A stretch of DNA of 64,000 bases, taken from positions 157,219 to 221,218 of the forward strand of contig CAYQCW010000003.1 in the NCBI GenBank assembly GCA_964416155.1, read 5' to 3'. A program made the position numbers and the translations under genes. Shown here one piece after another: positions 29,373-39,091 of this stretch (positions are counted from its first letter, which is position 1; each line of letters starts with the position of its first letter). Source of the DNA: an uncultured Nitrososphaerota archaeon. GTDB lineage: Archaea > Thermoproteota > EX4484-205 > JAAOZP01. The notes under the pieces are model-generated. The model did no database searches, had not been told where the DNA came from, and worked only from the letters and a program-made list of their open reading frames with translations.

Positions 29373-29717
29373 ATGAGAAGGATGCTCCTTCTTCTGACGT
29401 TAGTAGTCATATTTTCATCAAGCATTTCTGTTATTGCTCAAAAAGTTTGGGATGATGATTACCGTACAGGACCCTATGCCTCATGTGCATATGCTTATGT
29501 CGAGGCTTGGTACGTGCCTGGTATCAACTGGTATTTTGACTTCCGCCACAGAGGCTGGGGCGGTGCTGGTATTCCTTGCTACGTAGAAATATGGGTTTAT
29601 CCAGGTGACGGAGGAAACAGTCCATCCGGGGGTTTTACGCTGACAGAAGTCTGGGCTTATTCATATCCATATGATATTTTACTCGTAGCGGCATATGCTC
29701 AGGTTGGTTATGTCTAG
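29373..29717 (+). CDS. Small secreted Tyr/Trp-rich protein, candidate antimicrobial or signalling peptide
   Basis: MRR + hydrophobic signal ending VIA; about 92-aa mature part with 13 Tyr, 6 Trp, 2 Cys; GGTGG RBS-like motif upstream. Confidence 0.65.
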   Translation: MRRMLLLLTLVVIFSSSISVIAQKVWDDDYRTGPYASCAYAYVEAWYVPGINWYFDFRHRGWGGAGIPCYVEIWVYPGDGGNSPSGGFTLTEVWAYSYPYDILLVAAYAQVGYV

Positions 29718-29723
29718 AGGCAA

Positions 29724-30662
29724 ATGCCCGTACTGATTACTAAGCGAGTCTTTACTTTTTTCCCACTTTTTTCTATGTTGCTGTCCATTATCGTTTGTTT
29801 CTCTCGACCGGAACCCGCATGGCTTAAGCCCGGATTCTACGTCGAGTATTTTCTTGACTCAAGGCCCGTCGGGCTTGTGGTAATTTCAAACTCGTCTCTC
29901 TCATACCTGCGGGATTATTATCCCGCTCTCCGATGCAATGGTACTTATAGATTTGAGCTTCTACACATGAACTATTCTTTTGCACGATTCAATGTCACTC
30001 TCAATCTCACTGCATGGATACCGGCTAAGCTAGGCTTAGCCCCCTGGGAAAAGGCGGAGTGGATCGAGTTCAAGCTACTTCAAACATCATGCATATATGA
30101 TGTTGATTTGAAAACTCTAATGGCTTATAAAGAAGGAAGGAAAGTTGGGCTCTTTCCACTGTGGAGAGAATTCTCCGCCACCAGCGGTAAGGTTCCTTGT
30201 TTCTCAAACTTTTTCGGAAAAGAAGTTGAAGGGGATTACCTGCTTTTAGATGACGAGCTCATCAGAGAAACCCCTCTCGGTAGGTTTAGGCATTACTACT
30301 ATGTTTTGGTCAGGATTGAGAAGGAACTGCTGGATCTTCCGTTCCAGATGAATGTTCAAACCTTCAAGATAGCCTTATCATATGATCGCGATACCTGTCT
30401 TCTAATCCACGGATATTGTTATACTGATGAGATATTGCTGGAATTCGGCATACTATTTTTTTACAACATGCATATTACGAAGACCTCCGTTGAATTTCCT
30501 CAGCTGGAAGAACAGGAATATGGTTTCGAGGCTTGGCAGATGTATCTGGTCTTAATGCTTATTGGATTTTCTTTGCCCTTGATTCACAGGTTGTCGAAAA
30601 GGCTAAAGTCGCTTAAATTTGACGCCCTAAGTGAGCGTGCTGGGCTAAGACGATATGTTTGA
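29724..30662 (+). CDS. Extracellular protein with N-terminal signal/anchor and C-terminal TM
   Basis: Hydrophobic N-terminus, PAWLKPGFYVEY start of domain, C-terminal TM plus basic tail. Confidence 0.7.
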   Translation: MPVLITKRVFTFFPLFSMLLSIIVCFSRPEPAWLKPGFYVEYFLDSRPVGLVVISNSSLSYLRDYYPALRCNGTYRFELLHMNYSFARFNVTLNLTAWIPAKLGLAPWEKAEWIEFKLLQTSCIYDVDLKTLMAYKEGRKVGLFPLWREFSATSGKVPCFSNFFGKEVEGDYLLLDDELIRETPLGRFRHYYYVLVRIEKELLDLPFQMNVQTFKIALSYDRDTCLLIHGYCYTDEILLEFGILFFYNMHITKTSVEFPQLEEQEYGFEAWQMYLVLMLIGFSLPLIHRLSKRLKSLKFDALSERAGLRRYV

Positions 30663-30896
30663 CATTACTAAACATTATGCTGAAGTTTTCACATCCTAGA
30701 ATTAACTTATTATTAAACGTTTTAGGGTATCTAAAGTCTTTTGGAGGCGCGCGCTTGAGTGGAAAAAACCCCAAGAAGCCCTTAAAATTGTAGAGTATGT
30801 CGTTGAAAATTCCAAGAACTAAGGAAAAGGATGGCGTAAGCAGGTTTTACCAAGGTTTCAAACAATTTGTTGGAACATGCGTGCTAAACCCTTCTT

Positions 30897-33638
30897 CTAA
30901 CCCTTTGGAAGGACACTGCTTATGGCTTTTAAAGCCTTTGATTCGAAAGTCTTAGCGTCAACCTTGGCTGCTAACCCTCCCTTCGCGAAGTTTCTCCTGC
31001 CTCCGGCTCCTCCACCAATCCCGATTTCGCTAAGGATGCGGCGCGCTAGCAGAGAGCAGTCGACACCCCTCTCAAGAGCCTTTTCACCCGCGAAAACCGC
31101 GAACTGCACGGTTGGGATGGGTGACATCACCACTGTTATGGAGTTCGGCTCCCTCCTAGAGATTTTCTCGCCAAGACTTATGAGACGGCTTACCTCAAGC
31201 TCTTCTGAGCTGTAGAGCACGATTCTAATGCCGGACTCTTCAACAGCCTTGGAAAGCAGTTGATCCGCCAGCGTGTCAAACTGGTTCTCCAGTATTTTCT
31301 CAACCTTCTTACTCAGGTTTTTCAACTCGCTCCTGACTCTTTCAGCCTCCTGAACTATCTTGTCCCTTGGAACACCTAGAATGTTCTCCAAGCTAGACAT
31401 CTTGTTTTCAAGCGACCTCACGTAATCCAAGGAGGAGAAGCCCACTCGGAAAACTATTCTTTCAACACCGTCCTGAATCCTCTCAACCCTAACTATCTTC
31501 ACCAGCCCAACGTCACCAGTCTTGTTGACGTGAAGCCCTCCACAGGCCTCAGCGTCAAAACCATCTATCTTGACGATCCTAAGCTCTTTACCAGGAACAG
31601 CACCGCCTTGGTATATTCTGAAACCATACTCCTTCTCGGCGACAGTTCTAGGTAGAACCTGTATTTTAACATCGATGTTCGACAGGGCTATTTCATTAGC
31701 CTTACGCTCTATCTTCTCAACCTCTTCACCGGTTAGGGGGAGGGGATGAGTAATGTCAAGTCTGGATTCGACAGTGTCTTTCTGGGCACCTGCTTGCCAA
31801 ACATGGTTTCCAAGAATCATTCTGGCAGCAGTGTTTATAATGTGCGTAGCAGTATGGGCTCTTCTAAGCTGGAAACGACTTTTAGAGTCAACAACCATTT
31901 TAACAACGCTGCCTACACTAGGGGCGGGACCATCGATAAAATGGATTATCCGGTTATTCAAGTTCTTAACATCCTTCACTAAGGCTTCCTTCCCGTTGAA
32001 GATTAGCCTACCTTTGTCAGCAGGCTGGCCGCCGCCCTCCGGGTAGAAGATTGTCCGGTCGAGAACAACCTTACCACTGAAGACACCTAGCACCTTGGCC
32101 TCGAGCTCCAGCAAATCAGGATTCTTATAGAAGTATTTAACAGTCTCAGGAAAAGCCTTCTCGTCGAAATCCAGCGTGACCGCTCCCTCTTCTCCAAGAC
32201 CCTTAGGCTGTTTATGTCTGGCCGCTATCATGCCATAGAAGTCCTCCGGAATCCTTACTTCAACACCCTTCTTTGAAAAAACTTCTGCAACCTGCTCAGG
32301 CGTAACACCGTGGGAATCGTAAAGTTCGACAAGCTTCTCAACACTTATCGACTTGGATTCTTTAACAAGAGACTCCACGTGTCTAACTCCCTCTTCAATA
32401 CTCCTCCTGTATTTCTTAAGCTCTATTTCGACAAGCCTCAGAATACTGTCTTTAAGCTCACAGAGGCCCGGGAAATCCCTACCCCAGTAGTCAACCTCCC
32501 ATGAAACCATGTCGAGCAGGAGGGAATTAACGCCAAGCCTATCCAGAACCCTGGCTGTCTTCCTTAAGAGTAACCTAGCCAAATAGCCCACTCCGGTGTT
32601 AGAGGGCACAACACCCTCTGAAAGAATGAACACTAGGCTCTTAACATGATCCAGAGCCTTGAAAACATTCTCCATTGCTTCAAGCTTAGCTGAGAAGGAA
32701 TCCGGGAAGCCAAGGTCCCTGACGAGCCCAATCCTCTCAGCCGGGCTTAGAAACTTGCCTTCAGAAAGGGAAACTCTGACCCCATACTCTTTAAGAAACT
32801 CCTGGGGAACATCGATGTCAACCAGTTTAGAAACCTTGTGGAGAAGACCGCAGTAGAAAGCATGAAAGCCGGTTGGAGCCCCGCTTAAAAGCCAGTTTAT
32901 CCTCTCCATCCCGTATCCTGTGTCAACCGTTCTAATAGGCAGCTCCCTCAGAGAACCGTCCGGGTTAACCTTATACTTCATGAAGACTAGAGTAGCAACC
33001 TCAAGGCCGTGTGAAATAACCTCGAAGCAGGGCCCCGCGTTTCCACCCCCGCTCCAAGCGCTTTCGACGAAAGTAAGATCCTCACCCTTAACCCCCATTT
33101 CCCCGGTGAAGAATTCGAAGCCGTATCTCACAGTATTCTCCTTCCAGTAGACCTCTTTTTCCTCGCTGTTGAACGCGTGATGGCCGCCCATCTCGAAAAT
33201 GGTGAGGTGCCTCCCAAGAGTCTTGCCGACCAAGTCGACGTCAACCAGACGTATGCAGGGCTGGGAAATCACCAAGGGGTTAGCCGGGGGAGGAATAATA
33301 CCATCCGTAACATAAGGCTGGAAATCAACTATGCTCGCGTCAGTAAGATAAAGATCATCTCTCCACCTGCACACAACAGGATACGGTAAAATAACCTCGT
33401 GCCCCCTCTTCCTGAAGAAGCCCAAGAAAGCATCCCTAACCTGGCTTAAATCATCCATATCCCTGCCTACCCTACTGCCTATGAAAGTATAGGGTGAACA
33501 GGGAGACTCTCCGCAGTTATCCCTAGACTGGTCGAGAGACCAGAAGAACCTGCCGCATTTACTACACCTCTTTCTAGTGAACCCGCCTCCACTCAGGAAC
33601 TCCAGGCGATACTCGTCCTCGCCGAAATCATGCTTCAT
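30897..33638 (-). CDS. alaS: Alanine--tRNA ligase
   Basis: RWRDDLY, QPCIR, FEMGGHH, DTGYGMER, HTATH and ACGGLH editing motifs. Confidence 0.96.
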   Translation of the reverse strand: MKHDFGEDEYRLEFLSGGGFTRKRCSKCGRFFWSLDQSRDNCGESPCSPYTFIGSRVGRDMDDLSQVRDAFLGFFRKRGHEVILPYPVVCRWRDDLYLTDASIVDFQPYVTDGIIPPPANPLVISQPCIRLVDVDLVGKTLGRHLTIFEMGGHHAFNSEEKEVYWKENTVRYGFEFFTGEMGVKGEDLTFVESAWSGGGNAGPCFEVISHGLEVATLVFMKYKVNPDGSLRELPIRTVDTGYGMERINWLLSGAPTGFHAFYCGLLHKVSKLVDIDVPQEFLKEYGVRVSLSEGKFLSPAERIGLVRDLGFPDSFSAKLEAMENVFKALDHVKSLVFILSEGVVPSNTGVGYLARLLLRKTARVLDRLGVNSLLLDMVSWEVDYWGRDFPGLCELKDSILRLVEIELKKYRRSIEEGVRHVESLVKESKSISVEKLVELYDSHGVTPEQVAEVFSKKGVEVRIPEDFYGMIAARHKQPKGLGEEGAVTLDFDEKAFPETVKYFYKNPDLLELEAKVLGVFSGKVVLDRTIFYPEGGGQPADKGRLIFNGKEALVKDVKNLNNRIIHFIDGPAPSVGSVVKMVVDSKSRFQLRRAHTATHIINTAARMILGNHVWQAGAQKDTVESRLDITHPLPLTGEEVEKIERKANEIALSNIDVKIQVLPRTVAEKEYGFRIYQGGAVPGKELRIVKIDGFDAEACGGLHVNKTGDVGLVKIVRVERIQDGVERIVFRVGFSSLDYVRSLENKMSSLENILGVPRDKIVQEAERVRSELKNLSKKVEKILENQFDTLADQLLSKAVEESGIRIVLYSSEELEVSRLISLGEKISRREPNSITVVMSPIPTVQFAVFAGEKALERGVDCSLLARRILSEIGIGGGAGGRRNFAKGGLAAKVDAKTFESKALKAISSVLPKG

Positions 33639-33873
33639 ACCTAAATCTCCAAAAAGGGGAATATAGGCATGATTTATGTCTTCCTACCAGGACCGCCTAA
33701 CTAAAAAAGTATGTACGCTTCATTGTTCATTAATCTGAATAGAAACCGTTAAGAAATAGGGACGCATGGGCGAACCCCAGTAAAAAAAGAACCTTTTAGT
33801 TTCCAGCTTAAGCACGCCAAAATTTCAACTGTTTTCATAGTCTAGTTCTAAACCCTCACGATTCACCCTAAGC

Positions 33874-34213
33874 CTAAGCTTTCCTCCCCATTCTCAGGAT
33901 GTTGTAAGCCGTCTTGAGAGAATACACTAGCAACAGAGCTATCGATGCGGTTTCGAACGGCAAGAATATCATGAGCTCCACTTGCGATTTCATTAGAAGA
34001 AGGGATATTAATCCGAGTAGGAAGAATCGTTTGAGGCGAACAGGAGGGAGAATGAGAGGAGTGTTAGACCCCTGTTCTTGACGCCGAATCGTTCAATGAA
34101 GGCGCCGATGCAAAGGGCTATCGCGAACAGCAAGATGCTTCAATCAGAACGACCAGTATGATTACAGCGAGCGCCAGAGGCCAGAGAGGCTGAAATGAAA
34201 ACGGCTTCCGCAT
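33874..34213 (-). pseudogene. Frameshifted paralog of the adjacent 4-TM putative immunity gene
   Basis: Three frames give MRKPFSF..., ...LLFASN / FFLLGLI...YSLKTAYNIL, matching REPFMF...LFASNGFFFLGL...YSLRIAYNLL of 34412..34879. Confidence 0.8.
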
Positions 34214-34411
34214 CCATTCTCTTATACCCTCTATTTCCCTCAACATTTGTAATTCGCCTCGCTATACCTCTTTTAACCCAGCCCCCTTCTTAACAAAGCG
34301 CGCTCGCGCGCTAAAAGTAGCACGTGAATTCCAAACTTTAAAATATCTAAAATGTTTCTTACGTTTCTTTGCGGAAATTCTGACACTCTGCCCTTAGACA
34401 TCGTCTCGCCC

Positions 34412-34879
34412 TCAGCATCTTGATGCATGTAACAGGTTATAAGCAATTCTAAGTGAATAAAGAATTGATACTCCCATCCATATTATGCTGAATAGCATAA
34501 ATATTAAGAAATCTAAAATAGGCACAGGTTTAGTTAAGAAACTAAATGCAAGACCTAGAAAAAAGAATCCGTTTGAAGCGAAAAGAAATATGATGGTTAG
34601 GATTTTTAAGCAGGCCCCTTTAATGTTAAATTGATATATAAGACTGCCGATAGAATAGGCTGTTACAAGAGATACAAAAGAAATGAAAAATACCGATTTT
34701 TGTAGATCCATCACATCATCGTAATAATAATAGCCAATTAAGCCGAGCAAGACAGCCATGGTGATTAACAACATTACTGCTCTCGCCGACAAAAACATAA
34801 ACGGCTCTCGTACCGGCTTTTGCACGTAACATTTCATTCCTTGAATTATTTTTCTGTAACTTAGTACCTTTCTAGCCAT
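34412..34879 (-). CDS. 4-TM membrane protein, putative immunity protein
   Basis: ATG at 34879 overlaps the precursor's last codons (ATGGCTAG); four hydrophobic helices. Confidence 0.7.
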   Translation of the reverse strand: MARKVLSYRKIIQGMKCYVQKPVREPFMFLSARAVMLLITMAVLLGLIGYYYYDDVMDLQKSVFFISFVSLVTAYSIGSLIYQFNIKGACLKILTIIFLFASNGFFFLGLAFSFLTKPVPILDFLIFMLFSIIWMGVSILYSLRIAYNLLHASRC

Positions 34880-35669
34880 AGCATACTGGACACTCCATAC
34901 ACGCCGCCACAAAGCAACTAGCGGGGTCGCATGAACAACAAGTCCATTGGAAGTTCCCCCAGCAACATTGCTGCATGCACCATGTGAGACATAAAATAAA
35001 ATATTTGTTAAAGCAGCATGTTACCAAGCACCAATAGTTCATGTTAGTACACTCAACACATTCGAAAGTGCAAGTAGGGCAGCCGGATTGAGTAGACAAC
35101 ATGTTGTCCGTCGGCAAGATCTCGCGGCACGATGAAGTAAGCTTACCGCCTACTATTTGACCCTGTACCGATTTAACCAGTAATTCTACTAAATTCCTCT
35201 TTATATCAAATCTATATACACGGGCTTCTCTGTAGGGTTCTAGAACTATTACTGCTGTTACCCGTCTAGCCTCTACGTCGCCAGTAAAATTAATGCCCAC
35301 TACCATATACTCCCATGGCCTCTTATCTATCATCTTTGCGAACTTCAAGGCTATAACATCTTCTAGTGTGTATTGAAGCCCTTCCCCAGCTAAAAAAGAG
35401 GCTATCAATTTGAAGTTTTCGGAGCCAAGTGCTCTAGACACCGCATTATTCTTCTCTTGGCCTTCAAGCTTCTCAATCACCGGCTCAGACTGAGGTGTCT
35501 GAGTGTCGTTGTTGCCGCTTGCTCCGTAGCTTTTACATTCGTACTTAACGTGATGGTTCCCCTTGCTCCGTGGGGAGGCGATAATAAGTATGGAGACAAG
35601 CAGTAGAAGAACCATTATTATCCCAATAATCTTTAAACGAGCACCCACTAATAGTTTCACACTCCCCAC
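34872..35669 (-). CDS. Halocin C8 precursor-like protein with 18-Cys C-terminal peptide
   Basis: N-terminal signal/anchor, about 160-aa pro-region, final 71 aa (SGCPTC...CPVCYG) contain 18 Cys. Confidence 0.65.
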   Translation of the reverse strand: MGSVKLLVGARLKIIGIIMVLLLLVSILIIASPRSKGNHHVKYECKSYGASGNNDTQTPQSEPVIEKLEGQEKNNAVSRALGSENFKLIASFLAGEGLQYTLEDVIALKFAKMIDKRPWEYMVVGINFTGDVEARRVTAVIVLEPYREARVYRFDIKRNLVELLVKSVQGQIVGGKLTSSCREILPTDNMLSTQSGCPTCTFECVECTNMNYWCLVTCCFNKYFILCLTWCMQQCCWGNFQWTCCSCDPASCFVAACMECPVCYG

Positions 35670-36200
35670 CTCTTAGGGATATTGGACATAGCTAGTATTT
35701 ATTTTTTTTATCATGAATATAAAATAGTTGTATAGGAAGATTTGGTTTTCATTAAAAAGAAAGCAGTTTATGGAAGCATCAAGCATGCTCCTGTCAAAGT
35801 GAGGAAGAACTTAAACGAGCCTGAAGCAGTGCAACCAAGGAGCGTCTGCATCAACTTCCGTTGAGATAGGACGAGTTAAAAATGGCAATGAAATAAGCTA
35901 ACGTTAAAAAGCATGGCAGAAATTCCCCAGGTGATACCGCCTTTCTCCCAGCATTTGCTAAGAAAATTTCACTTACAAATTTAGTCAATCGAATCTACAA
36001 ACCGTTAGAGTTTAGGGTTATTCACCACAATAATACAACCAATATTAATTTATCTCCTTTTCAGAAGACAGGAAACACTATGACTCTAAAATGGCGAAAA
36101 CGCGTTAAACAAGCCTAAAAAACAGAAAACAATAAAAAGCATTACTAACGCCATGAAAGAGCAAAATTAAAATAGAAGCCTAAACAATAAAACAAAACTA

Positions 36201-36324
36201 GGCGAGGTAGCTCAGACGAGAAGGATTTAAATATAGCTCGGAGCAGCCTGGGAGAGCGCCCGGCTGAAGACCGGGGTGTCGGCCGTAAAAACGGGCACAG
36301 TCGGTTCAAATCCGGCCCTCGCCA
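36201..36324 (+). tRNA. tRNA-Phe(GAA) with introns at 15/16 (36216..36246) and 49/50 (36282..36300)
   Basis: CCCGG-CTGAAGA-CCGGG arm; BHB GCTC-AGA-CGAG/CTCG-GAGC-AGC and GTGT-CGG-CCGT/ACGG-GCAC-AGT; spliced 74 nt. Confidence 0.92.
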
Positions 36325-36368
36325 TAATCTCTAACGGAGTTATTTCTCTAATTCTTGAGTTCTTTGAT

Positions 36369-37639
36369 TTAATCCTCATCAACTTTAGATGAACACAACG
36401 TCTCTGGAAGGATTAACATTATAGGTATTATTATAAATACCTCTATTAGGAGTGGCAGGATGAGGACCAGCTCCCCTAAACCCTCTTGCCAAAGGAAACC
36501 ACCGAGCAGGAAAGCCGGTACTGAAAGAATATCAAATACGCCTGTTATGCCAAACCACCTGCCCCTTTTCTCCATCGGAACAGCTTCCCAAAACATAGTT
36601 ATGAATGGTATAAAGCTAAGATCGCTAAATCCGCCTGTAAAGCCTAAAACACCTAAGAGTCCGGTCAGTATAAGCATTTGAGGATTAGAAGCAATTACCA
36701 GAAGAATCGTGCCGAGGTATGTAAGAGGTCGGGTAATAAGGAATGTTTTCTTACGTCCTATCTTATCTGCCATAACTCCTATGGGGATTTGCAAGATAGC
36801 GGATATCACTATCCCTATGGTGCCTACTGCCCCAAGAATGTAAGGGTCAGCACCTTTCGCATAGACCATCCAAAGTGTGACAAAGGGCATTGAAATACTA
36901 ATTTCGAAGCGCCACAGTCCCATTAACACTACCCATTTCCTAAGGCTGCTTTCGCCTCTAAACAGATCTCTGAGGCTTTCAAAGAAACCTGTCTCGCTGG
37001 TTTCCCCCTCTAATCTACTAACAGTCGATCGGATACGTAACTCTTCAAGCTTAAAAACGATAAAAACAGTTGCTGCAGCCATAGTTGAAAGCTGTATGAA
37101 ATAAAGAGGGCGTATCCCCTGAACTGTTATTCCACCGTAAAAACTCACGATTATCGCAGCCACTATAGGCATCAAGAGGGAAGGTATTGCCCAAACCACG
37201 CGTGAGAGCCCCATTAATCGAGCCCGTTTTCAGCCCTACTGGTACTTATAAAGATGATGTCTGCAAGCGGCATTATCAGTTTAAAACCTAATTGTTGTAA
37301 TATTACTGCAGGTAAAAGCGTAAGCCAACTTATTGCACAACCGTAGAGCACAGAAACAACTGCGCACAGAGCCAGACCCGCCACTAATATCCGTTTCACG
37401 CCGTACTTATCAATTAACCATCCTGCAGGAATCGAGACTGCTGAAGAAATCACGCTGCCTACACTATTCAGCGAGCTTAGCTCAATTGGGTTTGCCCCTA
37501 AGGCGACAGTATAAAGCTGGTTATAGTTTAGCGTAAGACTATTTGCCCCGTTATAAATGCCGATGGCTGCAAGAACTACCTTAAACCGTTTGTCAAGATT
37601 CTTCAGAGGCGTAATGATATGCTTATAGAGTTTTGCCAA
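36369..37639 (-). pseudogene. MFS transporter split by a 1-nt frameshift
   Basis: GWLIDKYGVK and GVMADKIGRK motif-A copies in two ORFs; junction would read RAEN(R)ARLMGLSR. Confidence 0.8.
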
Positions 37640-37855
37640 TATTTCAGAATTCTTCTCAACCCATTATAAGTCTTTAGATTAGAAGGATAAAAAGCTTCAG
37701 GATTTCGATTAAGTAGAAAGGATGGAAGACATGGTTATGAGTCCAAAACGGGTCGCACGTTCATTACTTTATTAATGATCTGAAGCCGAACTTTAAGCAT
37801 AGCTATCATCTTCTAAAATTCTAAATTCTTTTCACAACTTATTGTTGAGAAATGA

Positions 37856-37946
37856 TGGGCCAGCCTGGATTTTCAGTACTCATAACACTCTTGAACCAGG
37901 GCCCCCGCCTCGTAAGAGCGGGATCCTACCTCTAGACTACTGGCCC
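37856..37946 (-). tRNA. tRNA-Val(TAC) with T-loop intron at 59/60 (37870..37889)
   Basis: GGGCCAG/CTGGCCC acceptor, CTTACGA loop; BHB GG-TTCA-AGA-GTG/TAC-TGAA-AAT-CC. Confidence 0.92.
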
Positions 37947-38230
37947 GTCCCGAGATAGTATTCCAAAGCCTTATATTCTTTTCTCCCGGCTTTAAGAAGG
38001 GCATTCATGGAATGTTTCATATTCCTCTTATTTGTCCAGAAGCACGCTTGAGCTTAGAGACCATCAGAGCACAGCCACCTAATCCTGAACATCGGACCTA
38101 TACGTAATATCTGAGGTTGAAAAATCCTGTATCCTTTACCTCGAATTACTATTCAAAATAGCGCGCGCACGACTTTTATGGATGTAAAAAAATTATCTAG
38201 CGCTCTTTAGATAAAAGGAGGCAAGGAAAA

Positions 38231-38798
38231 ATGAGAAGAATAATAAAATATGGGGAATGATGCTCGTCGTTTTCACAGTCTTATCGGTGGGCATAGGGAT
38301 AAGTGCACAGCTGCTTGAAGTAGTGTAAGCAATTCAAGAAGAATTCGCTGGACGCTGTCTCAAGATTGCCGTAGAGAGAGACTATGCTACGATTTACATA
38401 ACTATCAATGTCGAGTTTAGGGTAAAGGACCTAGGTAGTGATGTAAAGTTGATGGGGTATAATTACACGGTTGAAGAGGAAGGAAGTTAGTGCTGGGCCC
38501 GACTATTGCTTATATACCGGTCTGGCCCGCCGCAGACTGTCAAAGCTGCAAGCAGGGTAAGAAAGTCTCTGGGATTCAAACCAGCGTCGATAGGATTAAA
38601 TTACCTGTTTCTGAATTAAGGAATTGTGAACACGTGGTAAAAGTCAGCATATTTGTGGTGGAAGGGATTGTAGTGGAGAAAGAGTTACCGAAAGCAACAA
38701 ACATTCATAGGAAGACACTGGTTAATAATCCAAGTAATTATCCAGTACCGGAGCTACCAGAGTCAGAAAACACGGTTCCCGATTTATCGAACTGCTGA
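38231..38798 (+). pseudogene. Degraded secreted-protein gene
   Basis: AGGAGG then ATG; hydrophobic signal-like stretch and beta-rich fragments broken by stops and frameshifts. Confidence 0.35.
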
Positions 38799-38890
38799 AT
38801 AATCCTGTTCAGCGATAAAACGCGATTCAATCCTTTTTTCTCGAAAATTGATTTTTTAGAGAAATCAATTTTCCGATTTCAGACCCGAAT

Positions 38891-39091
38891 GTGCCTGATG
38901 AGGCTAAAAGAGTCAGTGGTTATGGTGCAAGCGAATATTACCTGCTTAGAGATTTCATAAACGCTATAGATAACGATACAGAACCGCCCATCGACGTTGT
39001 AAAGGGAGTCGATATGACACTTCCAGGCCTAATAGCACATGAAGCTACCATGAAAGGAAATGTTTGGCTCGATGTTCCGCATTTTGAATAG
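38891..39091 (+). pseudogene. C-terminal fragment of a Gfo/Idh/MocA-type oxidoreductase
   Basis: GYGASEYYLLRDFINAI...PPIDV...MTLPGLIAHE...VPHF, no N-terminal part. Confidence 0.65.

Noticed and set aside
34414-35789. 13-14 bp imperfect inverted repeat (AGCATCTTGATGC / GCATCAAGCATGCT) around the halocin-like cassette
   Set aside because: Short, needs an indel, no target-site duplication or transposase; could be chance
37214-37218. TAATG stop/start overlap suggesting a deliberately split two-gene MFS
   Set aside because: Adding one base restores a continuous RAEN(R)ARLMGLSR reading, and the break is not at the 6+6 TM boundary; a frameshift is the simpler explanation
37870-37889. C/D-box-like GTTATGA...CTGA in the tRNA-Val intron
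   Set aside because: Box C lacks the GA needed for a K-turn, there is no room for a guide, and TGAA is explained by the BHB helix
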